Shown here: one piece after another, positions 1 through 12,739 of the stretch
How the letters are laid out: the number at the start of each line of letters is the position of its first letter
Position numbering within the stretch: position 1 is the first letter of the stretch
Origin: Octopus sinensis
Taxonomy: Eukaryota
NCBI RefSeq assembly: GCF_006345805.1
Contig: NC_043000.1
Span: 121,272,001 to 121,336,000, forward strand
Reading direction: 5' to 3'
DNA: 64,000 nucleotides
Notes under the pieces: generated by a model
Database searches by the model: none
What the model saw: the letters and a program-made list of their open reading frames with translations, nothing else
What the model was told of the DNA's origin: nothing
Made by a program: the position numbers and the translations under genes

Positions 1-125
1 TGAGTCTCGGGAAGGTGAGAAAGTCCTCTACATTTCGAGCCTACGCTCTTCCACATATAGATCTATGTGTGTGTATGTGTAAATACATATACATACATAT
101 ATATATATATATTTATCTATCTCTC

Positions 126-173
<48 letters not shown>

Positions 174-279
174 CATATATAGCCTTGGGCAAAAGTTTTA
201 GGCTGTACCAATGTTTTGGGGTTCTCGTATCTCAATGTTAATAAAACTCGTGCACACGTTATATTATGGCATATTTCAA

Positions 280-1790
280 ATTCTGTAACAGGCCCCAATC
301 TTGTAAAAACATGTAAGAAAGCTTTTACAAAACCACTGCCAATACTTTTCTAAAGTTCCCTTGAACGTGCTACATTTCCTCAAACGTCAAAAGAAGGAAT
401 AATCTGCCATGTCAACAAAGGAGGAAGCAGATCCATCTCTCTGAGCACGCATGTCAGCAAGATCATGGAGCGAATTGTCAGTAAAAGACTCACTAGTTTC
501 CTAGCTCCAAGACGGAGCTGCTTAACATAGCTACTACAGCACTTCGACTGGGTTCTAGAACAACAGCTCAACCATTCAAATGTGGATGTGATATGTCTTT
601 GACAAGGCGCTTGACAAATTGATTATGGGATGGTATGTCACAAATTGCGTGACCTCGGTATCGCTGGTAGACTGGGAGAATGCCTGCATGATTTCCTAAG
701 GGGTAGAAGTCAGGTTGTTACATCAGACTGTGCTCTCTCTGAAGTAACACCAATCCTCCTTGGAATCCACAACTGTTTGTGGTTGTTCTCTCAGGATGCC
801 TTCGGCCATAGAGTCGGCCATGCTCCCCAGCTACGCCGATGATACAAAAGTATCGGAGGCCGTCAAGGCAAGGATCATACTGATATACTAAAACTCCAGA
901 ATGATCTGAACGTGATATATAAATGGGCTGATGAGAATAATATGCAGTTCAATGGCACAAAATTCCATGCACTCCACTATCAGCCCACAAGCAAATTACA
1001 GCTGAAGTACATGGGACCAGCAGGCAACGTAATCTCAGATTTAGAGTGGGTGCGTGACCTGGGAATCCGCATGAGCAACGACGCAAATTTCCATGTGCAC
1101 ATTGATCAGTTGGTGACACTATGCAGGCGGACCGAAGGCTGGAACCTTAGATCCTTCAGGAACAGGAACAGAGACACGATGCTTCTACTTTGAAGGACCT
1201 TTGTCCTCAGTCGTCTCGACTACTGCTCCCAACTGCGGTCCCTACAGAGTGTAAAACTAATTGCGGAACTAGAACCGATCCAATGCCACTTCGCAAAGAA
1301 GGTAGACTCAATAAAACACATGAGGTACTGGAAGAGATTGAGCGAACTGGGACTCTACTCCCCGGAGAGGAGACAGGAGACATATACAGAAACTATATAG
1401 TGGAAAATAATTGAGGGTCTGGTTCCAAATTTCGGAATTGAAACCTACAACAATCCCGAAATGGACGTCCCTGCACAGTACCAAAGGTCTCATCTTCTCC
1501 ATCGAGGATACCAACTCAATATTGCAAAAGCATGGGATTCAAGGGACTACAATTATTAATGCCCTAGCACAGCATATCAGGGATCTGCAAGGTGTAGGCA
1601 TGGAAGTCTTCAAAAAGGTCTATAAATTTTATTTGCAATTCCGGATGTACCCACATCGCGGCAGGAGGCACAAAGAAGAGCGTCCAATTCGCTACTTCAC
1701 CAGAAGAAATACTGGAAAAATCCCCGGATGCAGTAAAGGCGGTGCACCAGCATGGCCTCAGCCTCTATCTGAAACCCATAAAAATAAAAG
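280..1790 (+). mobile_element. CR1-clade LINE 3' half (reverse transcriptase), decayed
   Basis: Frameshifted translation gives SKIMERIV, HFDWVLEQ, MVCHKLRDLGIAGRLGECLHDFLRGR, YADDTKV, LQNDLNVIYKWADENNMQFN and VRDLGIRMS. These are typical CR1/L2-group RT motifs. The segment ends in an A-rich tail near 1780. Confidence 0.85.
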
Positions 1791-1809
1791 ATATATATTT
1801 ATATATAAA

Positions 1810-2369
1810 TACAATAAGGTTCCAAATAGGAAAGCCTTGTGCTAGAAAGAGCAGTAGAAAACTTAAACCACCAAATAAGGATAAGTTCTCGAAAGGAATG
1901 ACAATTAAAAACGTTTGCCATCTCAATTATTTCCCAGACCATGGTTTCTAACTATTTCCAGCAAAAAGATATTCGCTAAAGGCCAGTTTCATCATTGGGA
2001 CAGCCTTTAGATTTCAAATATACAAACAACCAGATCCACATGTAAAACTAACTGCCTGTATATCCTAAATTTTCAGACCACTGCGCAGACGCAGATTATA
2101 CACGGCGGTAAAAATTTCGAACAAATTTATCGAAGAATATTTAAGCATAATAAATAATAATAGGGTAAGAAGAAATTATTATTACCAGTGGCCTAGCACA
2201 AAAACGAATTAGTCATTTCATTATATATTATTCACATAGAAATACAATAAGAGGCTTCAAAATAGGGAAGCCTTGTGCTAGAAAGAGCAGTAGAAAATTC
2301 AAACCACCAAATAGGGATAAATTCTCGAAAAGAATGAAAATTAAAAACGTTTACCATCTCAATTATTTC
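1810..2369. repeat. Two ~125-bp direct repeats (1810-1932, 2243-2369), period ~433 bp
   Basis: The block atacaataag...aagccttgtgctagaaagagcagtagaaaa...ccatctcaattattt occurs twice with few substitutions. Confidence 0.85.
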
Positions 2370-2643
2370 TATTTGGGGTTGTGCTCATGACTTAGTGTTT
2401 GCTTCTTCTACGATTATAAGTAAGTATTTCAGTTATTTCTTTGCCGCATTTATCACTGACAAAGAGAATGTTCTTATGAACTAACTCTGAAATCGGGTCC
2501 GATATTGTAATAACGGAATGTTTTAGAAATTTCTGTCGGCTTTCTTCGAGACGCGTACTTGTAGTGATCAATTATATGGTAATAGACGATGTGTCTAGTT
2601 TCGGCATATTTGGCATTAGAAATTTGTTTCTTTTGCCCTTGTT

Positions 2644-2712
<69 letters not shown>

Positions 2713-2725
2713 ATATATATATAAG

Positions 2726-2756
<31 letters not shown>

Positions 2757-3504
2757 AAAACAATGGAAATGTACCCAATATACGTATCATAATTTAGTTT
2801 GAACGATTTGGTTACAAAGCAAGCCTTTTAACAACCCATTTCCATGTCATATGTTAGGCCTTCTATGTTCTCATATAAATATCGCCCAATTTGACATTGT
2901 TTCAGATTTCTATACTTGATGGCATAAGTGCCTATTATGAACACCAATTGATGATGATGGGTTTATGTTGTCTTACAATTGTGTGACTTTGTGCTCTTAT
3001 GAAAGGAATATATTCTGTTTGTTTCATTTGGGATACTAAGGGTAGTAAAATAGGCAGAGTACCGAAGAAAAGCTTTCCGGTATTTAGTTACATTCTTTTA
3101 TATTGTGATTTGAAATTTCAGCAAAATTGACTATGCTTTTCATCTTTCATGGATCGATAATATAAGTACAAGTCTCTAGTACTTGATTTGATTAACCTGG
3201 CTTTCAGCCCTGCACAACATGTACGATATTGTGATACAGTCAGAATCAATAATACACCTAAATACTGGTTCATGAAACAACAACATATCAATGGAGAGCT
3301 ACTACTGATGTAGGAGAGTAAGAAGAGCTATGAGAGTGGGAGGGAGAGAATATCGGTGAGTTTAAAGGGAAACAGAAACCATAGATTTCGAGAACGAAAT
3401 GCTGAACGAAGAAATGTACTAGAATGAGATTGAGTGAGGCGGGAGAGAAATTAGAAAGCTTAAGAGGGACAGAGGAAGTGCAAAAGCGAAATAATGGGGT
3501 GCAT

Positions 3505-3538
<34 letters not shown>

Positions 3539-3716
3539 CGAGAGAGGGTGAGGGAGAGAAAAGAAGAGAAAGACGGTGAGAGAGAGAGAGGGAGGAAGTG
3601 AGAGAACAAGGTGTAAACGAGGAAAAAATTCACGCAAACCTTCTGATAAATTATAAAAGGTGACTAGTGTTAATGTTTGAAATGTTGTCGCAATGTGGGA
3701 ATACAAGAAAAATTCA

Positions 3717-3758
<42 letters not shown>

Positions 3759-3769
3759 TATATATATAT

Positions 3770-3798
3770 ACTAGCAGAGATACCCGGCGTTGCCCGGT
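3770..3798 (+). mobile_element. Possible Helitron/Helentron-derived (DINE/HINE-like) terminus
   Basis: actagcagagatacccggcgttgcccgg directly follows a (TA)n array. A similar motif occurs reversed at 52790-52819. Family assignment is from memory of such termini only. Confidence 0.35.
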
Positions 3799-3856
3799 TA
3801 CATTCAATTGAAGAATTAGACTTATCTGTTATATTTTCTGTAATGGACTGGAATAT

Positions 3857-4200
3857 CTATGTTTCGAATTTCATCAAAATTGCAGGATGATTGTTACTTA
3901 CCTCTTTACACACCCTAAAAATTTTGTAATCGTGCCACATGTATCTGATACTACTGATTTTTATGCGCATATTCCAAAATCCCAGTCTTATTGAACTTGT
4001 TAAAAAGATTTTATTCCTAAAATAATGAAGGTCATGAAGCTCTAAAATGTGAGAGTTAAGGCCCCTGTTGAGGGTGGGCATCTTAGTGTCAACCTGAGAA
4101 GTTGAATTGTTGAAAATTTTTTTAACTTGGGTCTTGTATCTATTGTTTGAATTTCTTTGAAATAGTAAATATATGTTCACTGGGTTTGTAAAAGGGAGCA
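3857..4200 (-). mobile_element. Possible decayed Penelope-like GIY-YIG endonuclease C-terminus
   Basis: The minus-strand translation KMPTLNRGLNSHILELH resembles the PLE terminal motif I...PTLN.Q..S..L.LF. The match is weak. Confidence 0.35.
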
Positions 4201-4292
4201 AAGCTACAGGAAACCAAAAGACGAATGATCACAATAAGCAGTCAGTTACTCTACCCTAGTCGTTACTTGAAGTACCGGTTCAATAACTATGT

Positions 4293-4324
<32 letters not shown>

Positions 4325-4443
4325 GCAATTAAGGACAACTACTTAATAAGGAAAACTTAACAAGAAATTGTCAGGTAGATAGCGTAAAAACCTCATAAGA
4401 GAAAAAATTTCGAAAATAATTATTTCTTATTGAACATATTAAT

Positions 4444-4632
4444 TTATATATAGAGGGCATTATACATACATGCCAGGAGGCATTCTACATACACGCCATA
4501 CGCTAAGAGGGACAATCAGTCATTTCTACCAAATTTCTACCATTTTGGTAGAAATGACTGATTGTCCCTCTTAGCGTATGGCGTGTATGTAGAATGCCTC
4601 CTGGCATGTATGTATAATGCCCTCTATATATA

Positions 4633-4633
<1 letters not shown>
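4444..4633. repeat. Perfect 90-bp inverted repeat with 10-nt spacer
   Basis: 4444-4533 is the exact reverse complement of 4544-4633 (checked base by base). The spacer is tttctaccat. Confidence 0.95.
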
Positions 4634-4665
<32 letters not shown>

Positions 4666-4691
4666 ATATATAATATATATATATATACATG

Positions 4692-4728
<37 letters not shown>

Positions 4729-4839
4729 GTGTGTGTATACACATATGTATATATATATATGCATACACACACACACACACACAAACATAAAATGATAGAT
4801 ACGACTGAGTGGGCACAAAAAATATGAGACACTTCGTAG

Positions 4840-5160
4840 TGCTTTTTTATATTTTGATAAGTCTGGTACTTATTTTATCAGTGTCTTCTTGTGAAATCAG
4901 TAAGTTTTGGGGAGGTAAAAAAAACGAACACCAGTTGTGAAGCAGTGATGAGGGAGAAACACGAAGACACACACATAGATTTACATATATACATACATAT
5001 ACATAAATTGATTTCTTTCAATTTCTGCCCACAAAATCCACTTACCAGGCTTTTTTGTTGGTCGCAGGCTATAGCAGAAGACACATGCCAAGTTTCCACA
5101 CAGTGGGACTGAATTGAGGACCGTGTGTTTTGGAACAAAGTTTGTTACCACACAGCCACA
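4840..5160 (-). mobile_element. Decayed CORE-type tRNA SINE (family B)
   Basis: Degenerate match to 13645-14071, e.g. ggctatagcagaagacac and cacagtgggactgaa...accacacagccac. Confidence 0.6.
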
Positions 5161-5338
5161 TCTGTATGCGTGTGTGTGTGTGTGTGCGTGTATGTATGTG
5201 TGTATGGGTGTATATATGTCTGCATATATATATAGATGTACATATTACATGTACATATATATATGTAGACATACATGTATACACATATATGTATATGTAT
5301 AGAAATACATCTATACATATACGCTATATATATACATG

Positions 5339-5383
<45 letters not shown>

Positions 5384-5981
5384 TACATCCATATACATAC
5401 AATAGAGAGATGTGTTTGTTTCACTTTTAATATGTAAGACTGAAATAGTGGAGAAGATATGATATTGCTGTGGGCTCGCCCTAGGCAAGAAGCTAGTTGG
5501 GCATGTGTAAAATCTGAATGAAATTGGTTGTGTAGTTCTCAAGTTTTAGGGAAACACACAGACTGACAGACACACATTCTTAGTTTTGTAAATATATATA
5601 TACATTTATGCATACACACACATGCATACATATATATTTGGAATTTACAAAAGAAAAGAACAACAGACGAAGACGGGTGTGTAAACAGCAAACAGTTTTA
5701 TTAGTTTAACGCTCCGGACTTGGGAAAATTTATATAGGGAGTACTACTCATTTTAAAAATAGATATAGGGAACACAAGAATTCATTTATTCACCCCTATA
5801 TAAAAAATTCCACGATATTAACATCATACATTAACCACCTCATACATTCTAACATTAAGTATAATTAACGATGATCGATAATTACTGAATCAACACCATA
5901 GAACACATATACTAAATCGTATAGGCTTTGCATCAAGGAATCGAGTAGCATACTATACGCTAGTAATAGAAATAAAGACAT

Positions 5982-6840
5982 TTTCTTTATTAGGCACTCA
6001 GGCCACTAACACAGAGGGGACACTACAAGGACAGACACAACACCACAGTGGGGACAAAAAACACAAAACGAATGAACATTTGTAGACACAGTCATAATCT
6101 ATTGTTTTTTCTTTCCTTAATTATCTTTTTTTTTCCAAAACTTTTTTACTTTTATTCCTCTTTAATGCCTCATGTAAGGCTCCAATTCTAACAGGTCGAA
6201 TACTGGTGGCAGCTCATTGAACTCCACCAGTGCTCCGGTTGGGTCAATTTTACTTCCGCACATGTCTCTCAGTTTCTTATAGGTTTCCCTATCGACCACA
6301 ATGGCCTTCACACTCTCTGGGTACACGTCGTTTGGTAACTTTACCCTTAAAATGTGCTTGAACTTCACGATTTTTACTCCACCTCCTCCTTCTTGGAATA
6401 GGTCACGAAATTCCATTAGTAACTCCCTCCTCTCGGCTTTCTCTTTTCTTCCTCCACTATCCTTCCTATTATAGATTCCTCTATACTCTTCTCTGAGTCT
6501 AGGACCTTCTCTTTCTTCGTCTCTACTGTAACCGGTTTCTCTGTTTCGCCCTCTTGTTGAATTCCTGAGTCTTCCGTCAATTTACCTATCATCTTCATAT
6601 TTGTTTCCTCCTTCCCTGACTCTTTTTCACACATCTTCTCAATTATTTTTTCCCTTTCCTTTTCCGTCTGACTTTTATCATCTTTCTTTCTCGTTACCTC
6701 TTTCTTTTCAATCTCTTCTTTCTTCTTTTTCTGATTAGTCGGTGGTGGGCTTACCCTACCGCTCCTCCTTCTTTTTCTTTCCACTAGTGTGAATTCTTCT
6801 ACCGCTGGTGTCTCATTATTCTCACCTGTTACTGCCTGTT
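5982..6840 (-). mobile_element. Non-LTR retroelement relic with ORF1/gag-like charged region and a 3' tail shared with SINE family A
   Basis: ORFs 6416-6784 (Lys/Glu-rich) and 6162-6416 abut through a TAATG overlap. An A-rich stretch follows, then tgtctgtccttgtagtgtcccctctgtgttag...taataaagaaa, similar to the family A tail. Confidence 0.5.
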
Positions 6841-7303
6841 CGACCTTTCTATAAATTGATTCATGTAGATATTTACAGAAGATAAGCGATAATTCAGCTG
6901 CAAAATACTGAGTATTTTATAATTGTAAGCCCTATACCAAAATAGATAAAGACATGAACATACATAAGTATGTAACTGTAAGTGTACATTCGAATATAAA
7001 GATTTCTCATTTACATTTTATCTTGCAAAAAAAACATCCTCGAATAAATATATATATATATATATTTATTTCACGAACGCAGGGAGAGAAATATCGATGT
7101 TGCACGGACAACTGCCAGATCAAGAAAGAATGAACAGGCTTCACTTAACGCCGGTCACATGGGAAGTGAAGAGAGAGAAGTAGAAGCAGAGGGACAGAAG
7201 AATTAAGGAGAGACGAGAAAAAAAAATGACAGGGACACAGTGAAGTGAAATGTGGAGGGAAAGTGAACAAGAAGATGTTGAAGAGGACAATAAACATTAA
7301 GAA

Positions 7304-7403
7304 GGCAAGACAAACATCTCAAGTCATATACGCTGTTATCATTGGAAGACTTTGAATTTTTGCAATAGTAATAACGTATAGAACTTGAGATGTTTATCTT
7401 GCC
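7304..7403. other. ~100-nt imperfect hairpin (~41-bp stem)
   Basis: ggcaagacaaacatctcaagt... pairs with ...acttgagatgtttatcttgcc. By hand the stem has ~41 positions with 5 mismatches and a ~18-nt loop. Confidence 0.8.
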
Positions 7404-8049
7404 ATAACGTTTGTTTTCCTCTTTAACAATTATATATCCGCTCTATCAGAAATTTATAATACCTACCGTCTCGGCTATCACCTTGGAGCTCTGGTAATCT
7501 GTTACACCACTTACCTAGCGTACCTAGTCGTTTAGATCACCTGTGAACTAAACCCCCATACTTTGTAATATATATATGGTTATATATACATGCCGATATG
7601 GATTAATATTTAGACAGAAAAACATAAATATTTACCTACACATGAACGTGTGCACACGCGGATGCAAACACAAACGCATAAACATATCTTTATAAAATTA
7701 CTTGGCCTCTATGCCTACGTTAGCGTAGGTTAAACGTATTTATGGGTGCATTTGTAATTGAATAAAAAGAAAAATAATGACCGCATTCCTATTTCCAAAC
7801 AACGTAATAACCATGATGAAAGAGCCGAATTATCAAATTTATACGTATCATTCAAATCTTTCTAACTAACATTTTGATGTTAATGTTGATATTTATTATC
7901 AATAACTTTGTATTTCATGAGAAAGATGGATTCAAAAAATAAAAAGACCCTAAAGCGAGTTAGATTGATGTTTATACGAGATAAGTTAGGCGAGCAGAAT
8001 CTGTACCGATGTATAATGTTTCACAGCGTAGCAGTAGCTTTACAGATCA

Positions 8050-8530
8050 ATGTGTACATACATACATGCATACATACATGCATACATAAATACATTTATA
8101 TATACATGCATTCATACATACATACGTACATACATACATGCAGACATACATGCAAACATACATGCATACATAAATACATTTATATATACATGCATTCATA
8201 CATACATACATACATAAATACATACATACATGCATACATTTATATATACATGCATACATACATATATAATACATACATATGTACATACATACATATATAC
8301 ATACATACATACATATATATATGCATACATACATATATACATACATATATATATACATACATACATACATATATACATACATACATATAGATATACATAT
8401 ATACATACATATATACATACATACATGCATGTATACATGCATACATACATACATACATACATACATACATACATACATACATACATACATACATACATAC
8501 ATACATACTTACATATATACATACATACAT
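8050..8530. repeat. (ATAC)n-type microsatellite
   Basis: Visible tetranucleotide array; it explains the ORF-track entries here. Confidence 0.95.
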
Positions 8531-8531
8531 A

Positions 8532-9209
8532 CAGGGTGATTGAAATGTAATTCCATATTTTTAAATACTTATAATATATTTATTAACTATAATTTTTTCC
8601 CTCAAATCTATTATGTTTGTTCTTTAATGTATGGGAATTTATTCTATGCTAATGTTTTGTTTTCAGATCGATTACTTTGTTTGAAATTTAGAGTTGGGGA
8701 AGGTGTTATTCTCTCGGTATGAAGCATGGTGTAATCTCTTAAAAAATATCCACTGGAGGTGATGAAGCGATATTCCACATAGGTGGTTTTGTGAACCGTC
8801 ACAACTGCCACTACTTGGCAGGATAAGATCCCCGTATTACGTCTGAAAAAAATAGCACAACAGGTCTAAGGTAACGGTGTGGTGTGATATGACTTCGGAT
8901 AGGATTGTGGGTCCTTTCATCGTTTTCCATGCAATGAATACTGAAAGTAACCTCACCATATTTCAAGATGAAATCCGTTCAGTTATGAGGAGAATATTGA
9001 AAATTTGAGTTTTATGCAAGATGGCGCTCCTCCACATTTTGCTATTGTTGTTCGTGAATGACTGAATGCCCACTTTCCTTGGAGATGGATGGGTCATTGA
9101 TGTCCGCATCATTGGCCGGCAAGAAGCCCTGATTCAACACCTTGCAGCCTTTTAAATTGGGGTTGGTTAAAAGTATTTTAAAATGGGAAGGTACTTTTCA
9201 ATCACCCTG
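8532..9209 (+). mobile_element. Internally deleted IS630/Tc1/mariner transposon
   Basis: TIRs cagggtgattgaaa / tttcaatcaccctg are flanked by TA. Internal translation gives DEAIFH..GFVNRHN, FMQDGAPPHFAIVVRE and WPARSPD. Confidence 0.92.
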
Positions 9210-9268
<59 letters not shown>

Positions 9269-9454
9269 TTATAATCTTAGGTCCTAGTAGGGTGTAAAGG
9301 TGTAAAGGTACTATCATTCCAGAGAAGCACTCAATCCGAATACCGAGCTATCAAGACAGGTGGGTTCCAGACCAATGCCGGAATTCTTCAAGTGTAGAAA
9401 ATCCTTGTTTTACCACAGTCACACCGTAATATGTGTTTGGGGAAGAGTAAATTT

Positions 9455-9789
9455 TACATCGACCCCAGTGCATAACTGGTACATAATTTGTCGACCCCGA
9501 AAGGATGAAAGGCAAAGTTGACCTCGGCGGAAGTTGAAATCTGCAGACGAAATACCTATTTCTTTACTACCCACAAGGGGCTAAACACAGAGGGGACGAA
9601 CAAGGGCAGACAAAGGAATTAAGTCGATTATATCGACATTAGTGCGTAACTGGTACTTATTTAAACGACCCCGAAAGGATGAAAGGGAAAGTCGACCTCG
9701 GCGGAATTTGAACTCAGAACGTAACGGCAGACGAAATACGGCTGCGCATTTCGCCATGCGTGCTAACATTTCTGCCAGCTCGCCACCTT
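9455..9789 (-). mobile_element. tRNA-derived SINE family A (MetaSINE-like core), ~1.5 copies
   Basis: Reverse complement of the ggcgagctggcagaa...gttcaaattccgccgaggtcgactttgcctttcatcctttcggggtcg unit, plus a partial second core. Confidence 0.9.
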
Positions 9790-10417
9790 AATAATCTATC
9801 TACCATAAAAGCTAACTACTGACCAACCTATAATAAGCTTGCTACCAAATATAGTAAGCTAACTACCAACCACCCTACCTTGATATATTTACATATATAC
9901 TCATAATGATACACGCGCACAAAGATACACACACCAAATGCATATGCATATATATATATACACATGTATAGTGAGTTGATCAAACAGTAGTTCTATATAT
10001 GTATGGATATCTCGTTTACACTTTATATACATAAATGTTTGCATAAGTGTACGCAATAATTATATATCGATAAGAATCTAGAATATAATTGGGCATACTT
10101 TGTTGCATGGATTTCGTAGCTGTAACATTCTTTTCGTTATTACCAAATTCGTTTGATAAAGAATTTAGAAATATACTAAACAACGAATACAAGATGAAAC
10201 AATTTCGTTTATATGAAAATAGTGAAAGCCTTTTGCTTCAGAAAACATGCTATAGAAATTATACATCTCGGAGTAGAATACCTGACTATTTGTGAATAAT
10301 CATCAAATCTATTTTATTCGCAATTATCTATGTACAAAACGATCTAATGCTTTGTCTTATACTCTCATTCTTTCCTATCTCCTACGCTCCCTACCAAACT
10401 AGCCTTATGTATATATA

Positions 10418-10855
10418 TTTTTCTCTTATGAGGTTTTCACGCTATCTACCTGACAATTTCTTGTTAAGTTTTCCTTATTAAGTAGTTGTCCTTAATTGCT
10501 AAATTTTTATTCCGAAAAAACTTTTCCTCTCCCGAAATGCAATTCGTAAAAGTTTGCCATTTATCCGGATGCAATATATGTAAACTCACCCATGTGCTTC
10601 GTTGATGTTGATCAGTTAGCTGATCGGCTTAAGCGGGGCAGGGTCGTTGTTTATTTATAATACATTCAGGCCTGCTGATGAATACGTAAGTATGAAATCA
10701 CTGTGATACAGGTCTATTTTTTTAAATGTCTTACTTTGAAAAATTGCATTCGGTGGGATTAGTAATATTTTTGGTAGAAATGACTAATTGTCCCTCTTAG
10801 CGTGTGGCATGTATGTATAATGCCTTCTGGCATGTATGTATAATGCCCTCTATAT

Positions 10856-10860
<5 letters not shown>
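10418..10860 (+). mobile_element. Short hammerhead-bearing element between (TA)n tracts (PLE pLTR-like)
   Basis: Contains the HHR at 10668-10715. Segments 10418-10503 and 10770-10859 recur at 4321-4406 and 4444-4633. Confidence 0.7.
10668..10715 (+). ncRNA. Minimal type I hammerhead ribozyme (canonical core)
   Basis: AGGCCTG-CTGATGA-ATAC(GTAA)GTAT-GAAA-TCA(CTG)TGA-T-A-CAGGTCT. Stem I is 7 bp with one G-U, stem II is 4 bp with a GNRA loop, stem III is 3 bp, and the site is AUA. Confidence 0.88.
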
Positions 10861-10931
<71 letters not shown>

Positions 10932-11550
10932 TATATATATACTTATAAGTATATATATACATATATTTATAGGTATCTAGGTATACTAGTATATATATAT
11001 ATATATATACTTATGCATGTATACCTACATTTACATTTGCATACATGCATATATATGGGCGTTTATGTATATATGGATATATATATATATATTTATATAT
11101 ATAGTTAAATATATGCAAACCTGTCTACCTAAATATGCATATATATATATATATATATGTGTGTGTGTATGTATGTGTGTGTGTGTGCGTACGTACGCCT
11201 GTGATTCTTAATATGTGTGAAAGCAAGTATGTTCATAAATAAATTAATTTGAAGAACCAACACGAAGAGTAAACAGGAAATCCGGAGATGAAAAGAACGA
11301 ATTTGAAACGGGACACGCAAAATCAGGCATAAATTCTATTGTTTATCGCGTATCCCACCGAAGATGATTATTTGCAAAAATTCTAAAATCGAATTAATAC
11401 ACCTGCATACACTTGCTTTGTGGAAGTCAGCTAACAAGTGATATAGTGTGAGAATAAATAAATATATTAATATTGCATATGATTTTAAAATCCACATATT
11501 ACCCATCGTATAAAAGGCGTATCGATATGGGTTCACATACATAGACACGC

Positions 11551-11691
<141 letters not shown>

Positions 11692-12394
11692 TATGTATAT
11701 GTATAAATATATGCATATATAAATATATATATATTTATACACATATATATGTTTGTGTGTGTGTGAGTGCGTTTGTGAGTATGTGTGTGCCTATATATAT
11801 ATATGCCTGATTGTGTGTAAGTGTATTGCTAGTGTATGCGTTCATCTTCGCGCTTGTGAACGTCTGTCCATGTTTCGTGTTCGTACATTTGCATTTGTGT
11901 GTTAATTTTTATCTGAGGGCAACTTCTCTTTAAGAAATCCTTTTAGTGAGTGACGTGTATTTTCGTTTTATGTTTAGATAGCTGTGAATATTCATAAGTT
12001 ATATTTTCTTTGATCGAGCGAATTAGTCGTGCAATGGTGTGTTTTACTCAACAATAACAGAACCCAACAATGCAAGAGGTAATATGAGTCACGTGACGAG
12101 ATGAAAAGTGGATGCGCGTATGGATGTGATGGGAGGCATCACGAAATCAAGAGAGGGGAACTAGTAAGTACTGGTCCAAAAATACAATCTATATGCTCTG
12201 ATTCTGTGTTTGTTAAAGTGTGTTAGGCGTTTCACACAAATATCGAAACAGATTCGGGAGATATTAAAGCAATAAGAATGTCGGATCCCCAATTGGTTCA
12301 ATTACATAATTGACTGACACTCTAGCTGTTACGACGACGAGTGTTGAGGTTAATTCAATCAACTGCACAGCCTGGTCACGAATTTAAGGTGCAA

Positions 12395-12655
12395 AAGGTA
12401 AAGGTAAAGTTCCCCTCTCCAGTCATACCGACTCATAAGGGCTGGCTTTCTGGTTTCCAAGACCCATAAATTCCCCAAATTAATGGGACGCCGGACCGTC
12501 GCAGTATTACTCGTTTTTGCGAGCTGACGGAACTTGAACAACTTGAAATGAAGAACTTCCTGTAAGACCACAACTGACCGCCCGGTCTAGGAATCGAACC
12601 CACACTCTTACGATCACGTTTCCAACACCCTTACCACTAAGCCACGAGCCTTACT
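12395..12655 (-). mobile_element. tRNA-derived SINE with 14-bp target-site duplication
   Basis: Minus strand shows A box tggcttagtgg, B box ggttcgattcc and a (ctttac)n tail. TSD aatttaaggtgcaa at 12381-12394 and 12656-12669. Confidence 0.9.
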
Positions 12656-12739
12656 AATTTAAGGTGCAAGGGACTGAAAACTCTAATGGACTTGCAAGCA
12701 CATTCATACTCTACACATATCCACTCACCCGATCTATGA

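Noticed and set aside
2590-2625. Minus-strand ...ATGCC-GAAACTAGAC, HHR-like 3' half
   Set aside because: The core and U16.1 are not conserved; too decayed to call.
3850-3890. TTGATGA-AATTC-GAAAC on the minus strand
   Set aside because: No stem II, no valid NUH site and no stem I pairing.
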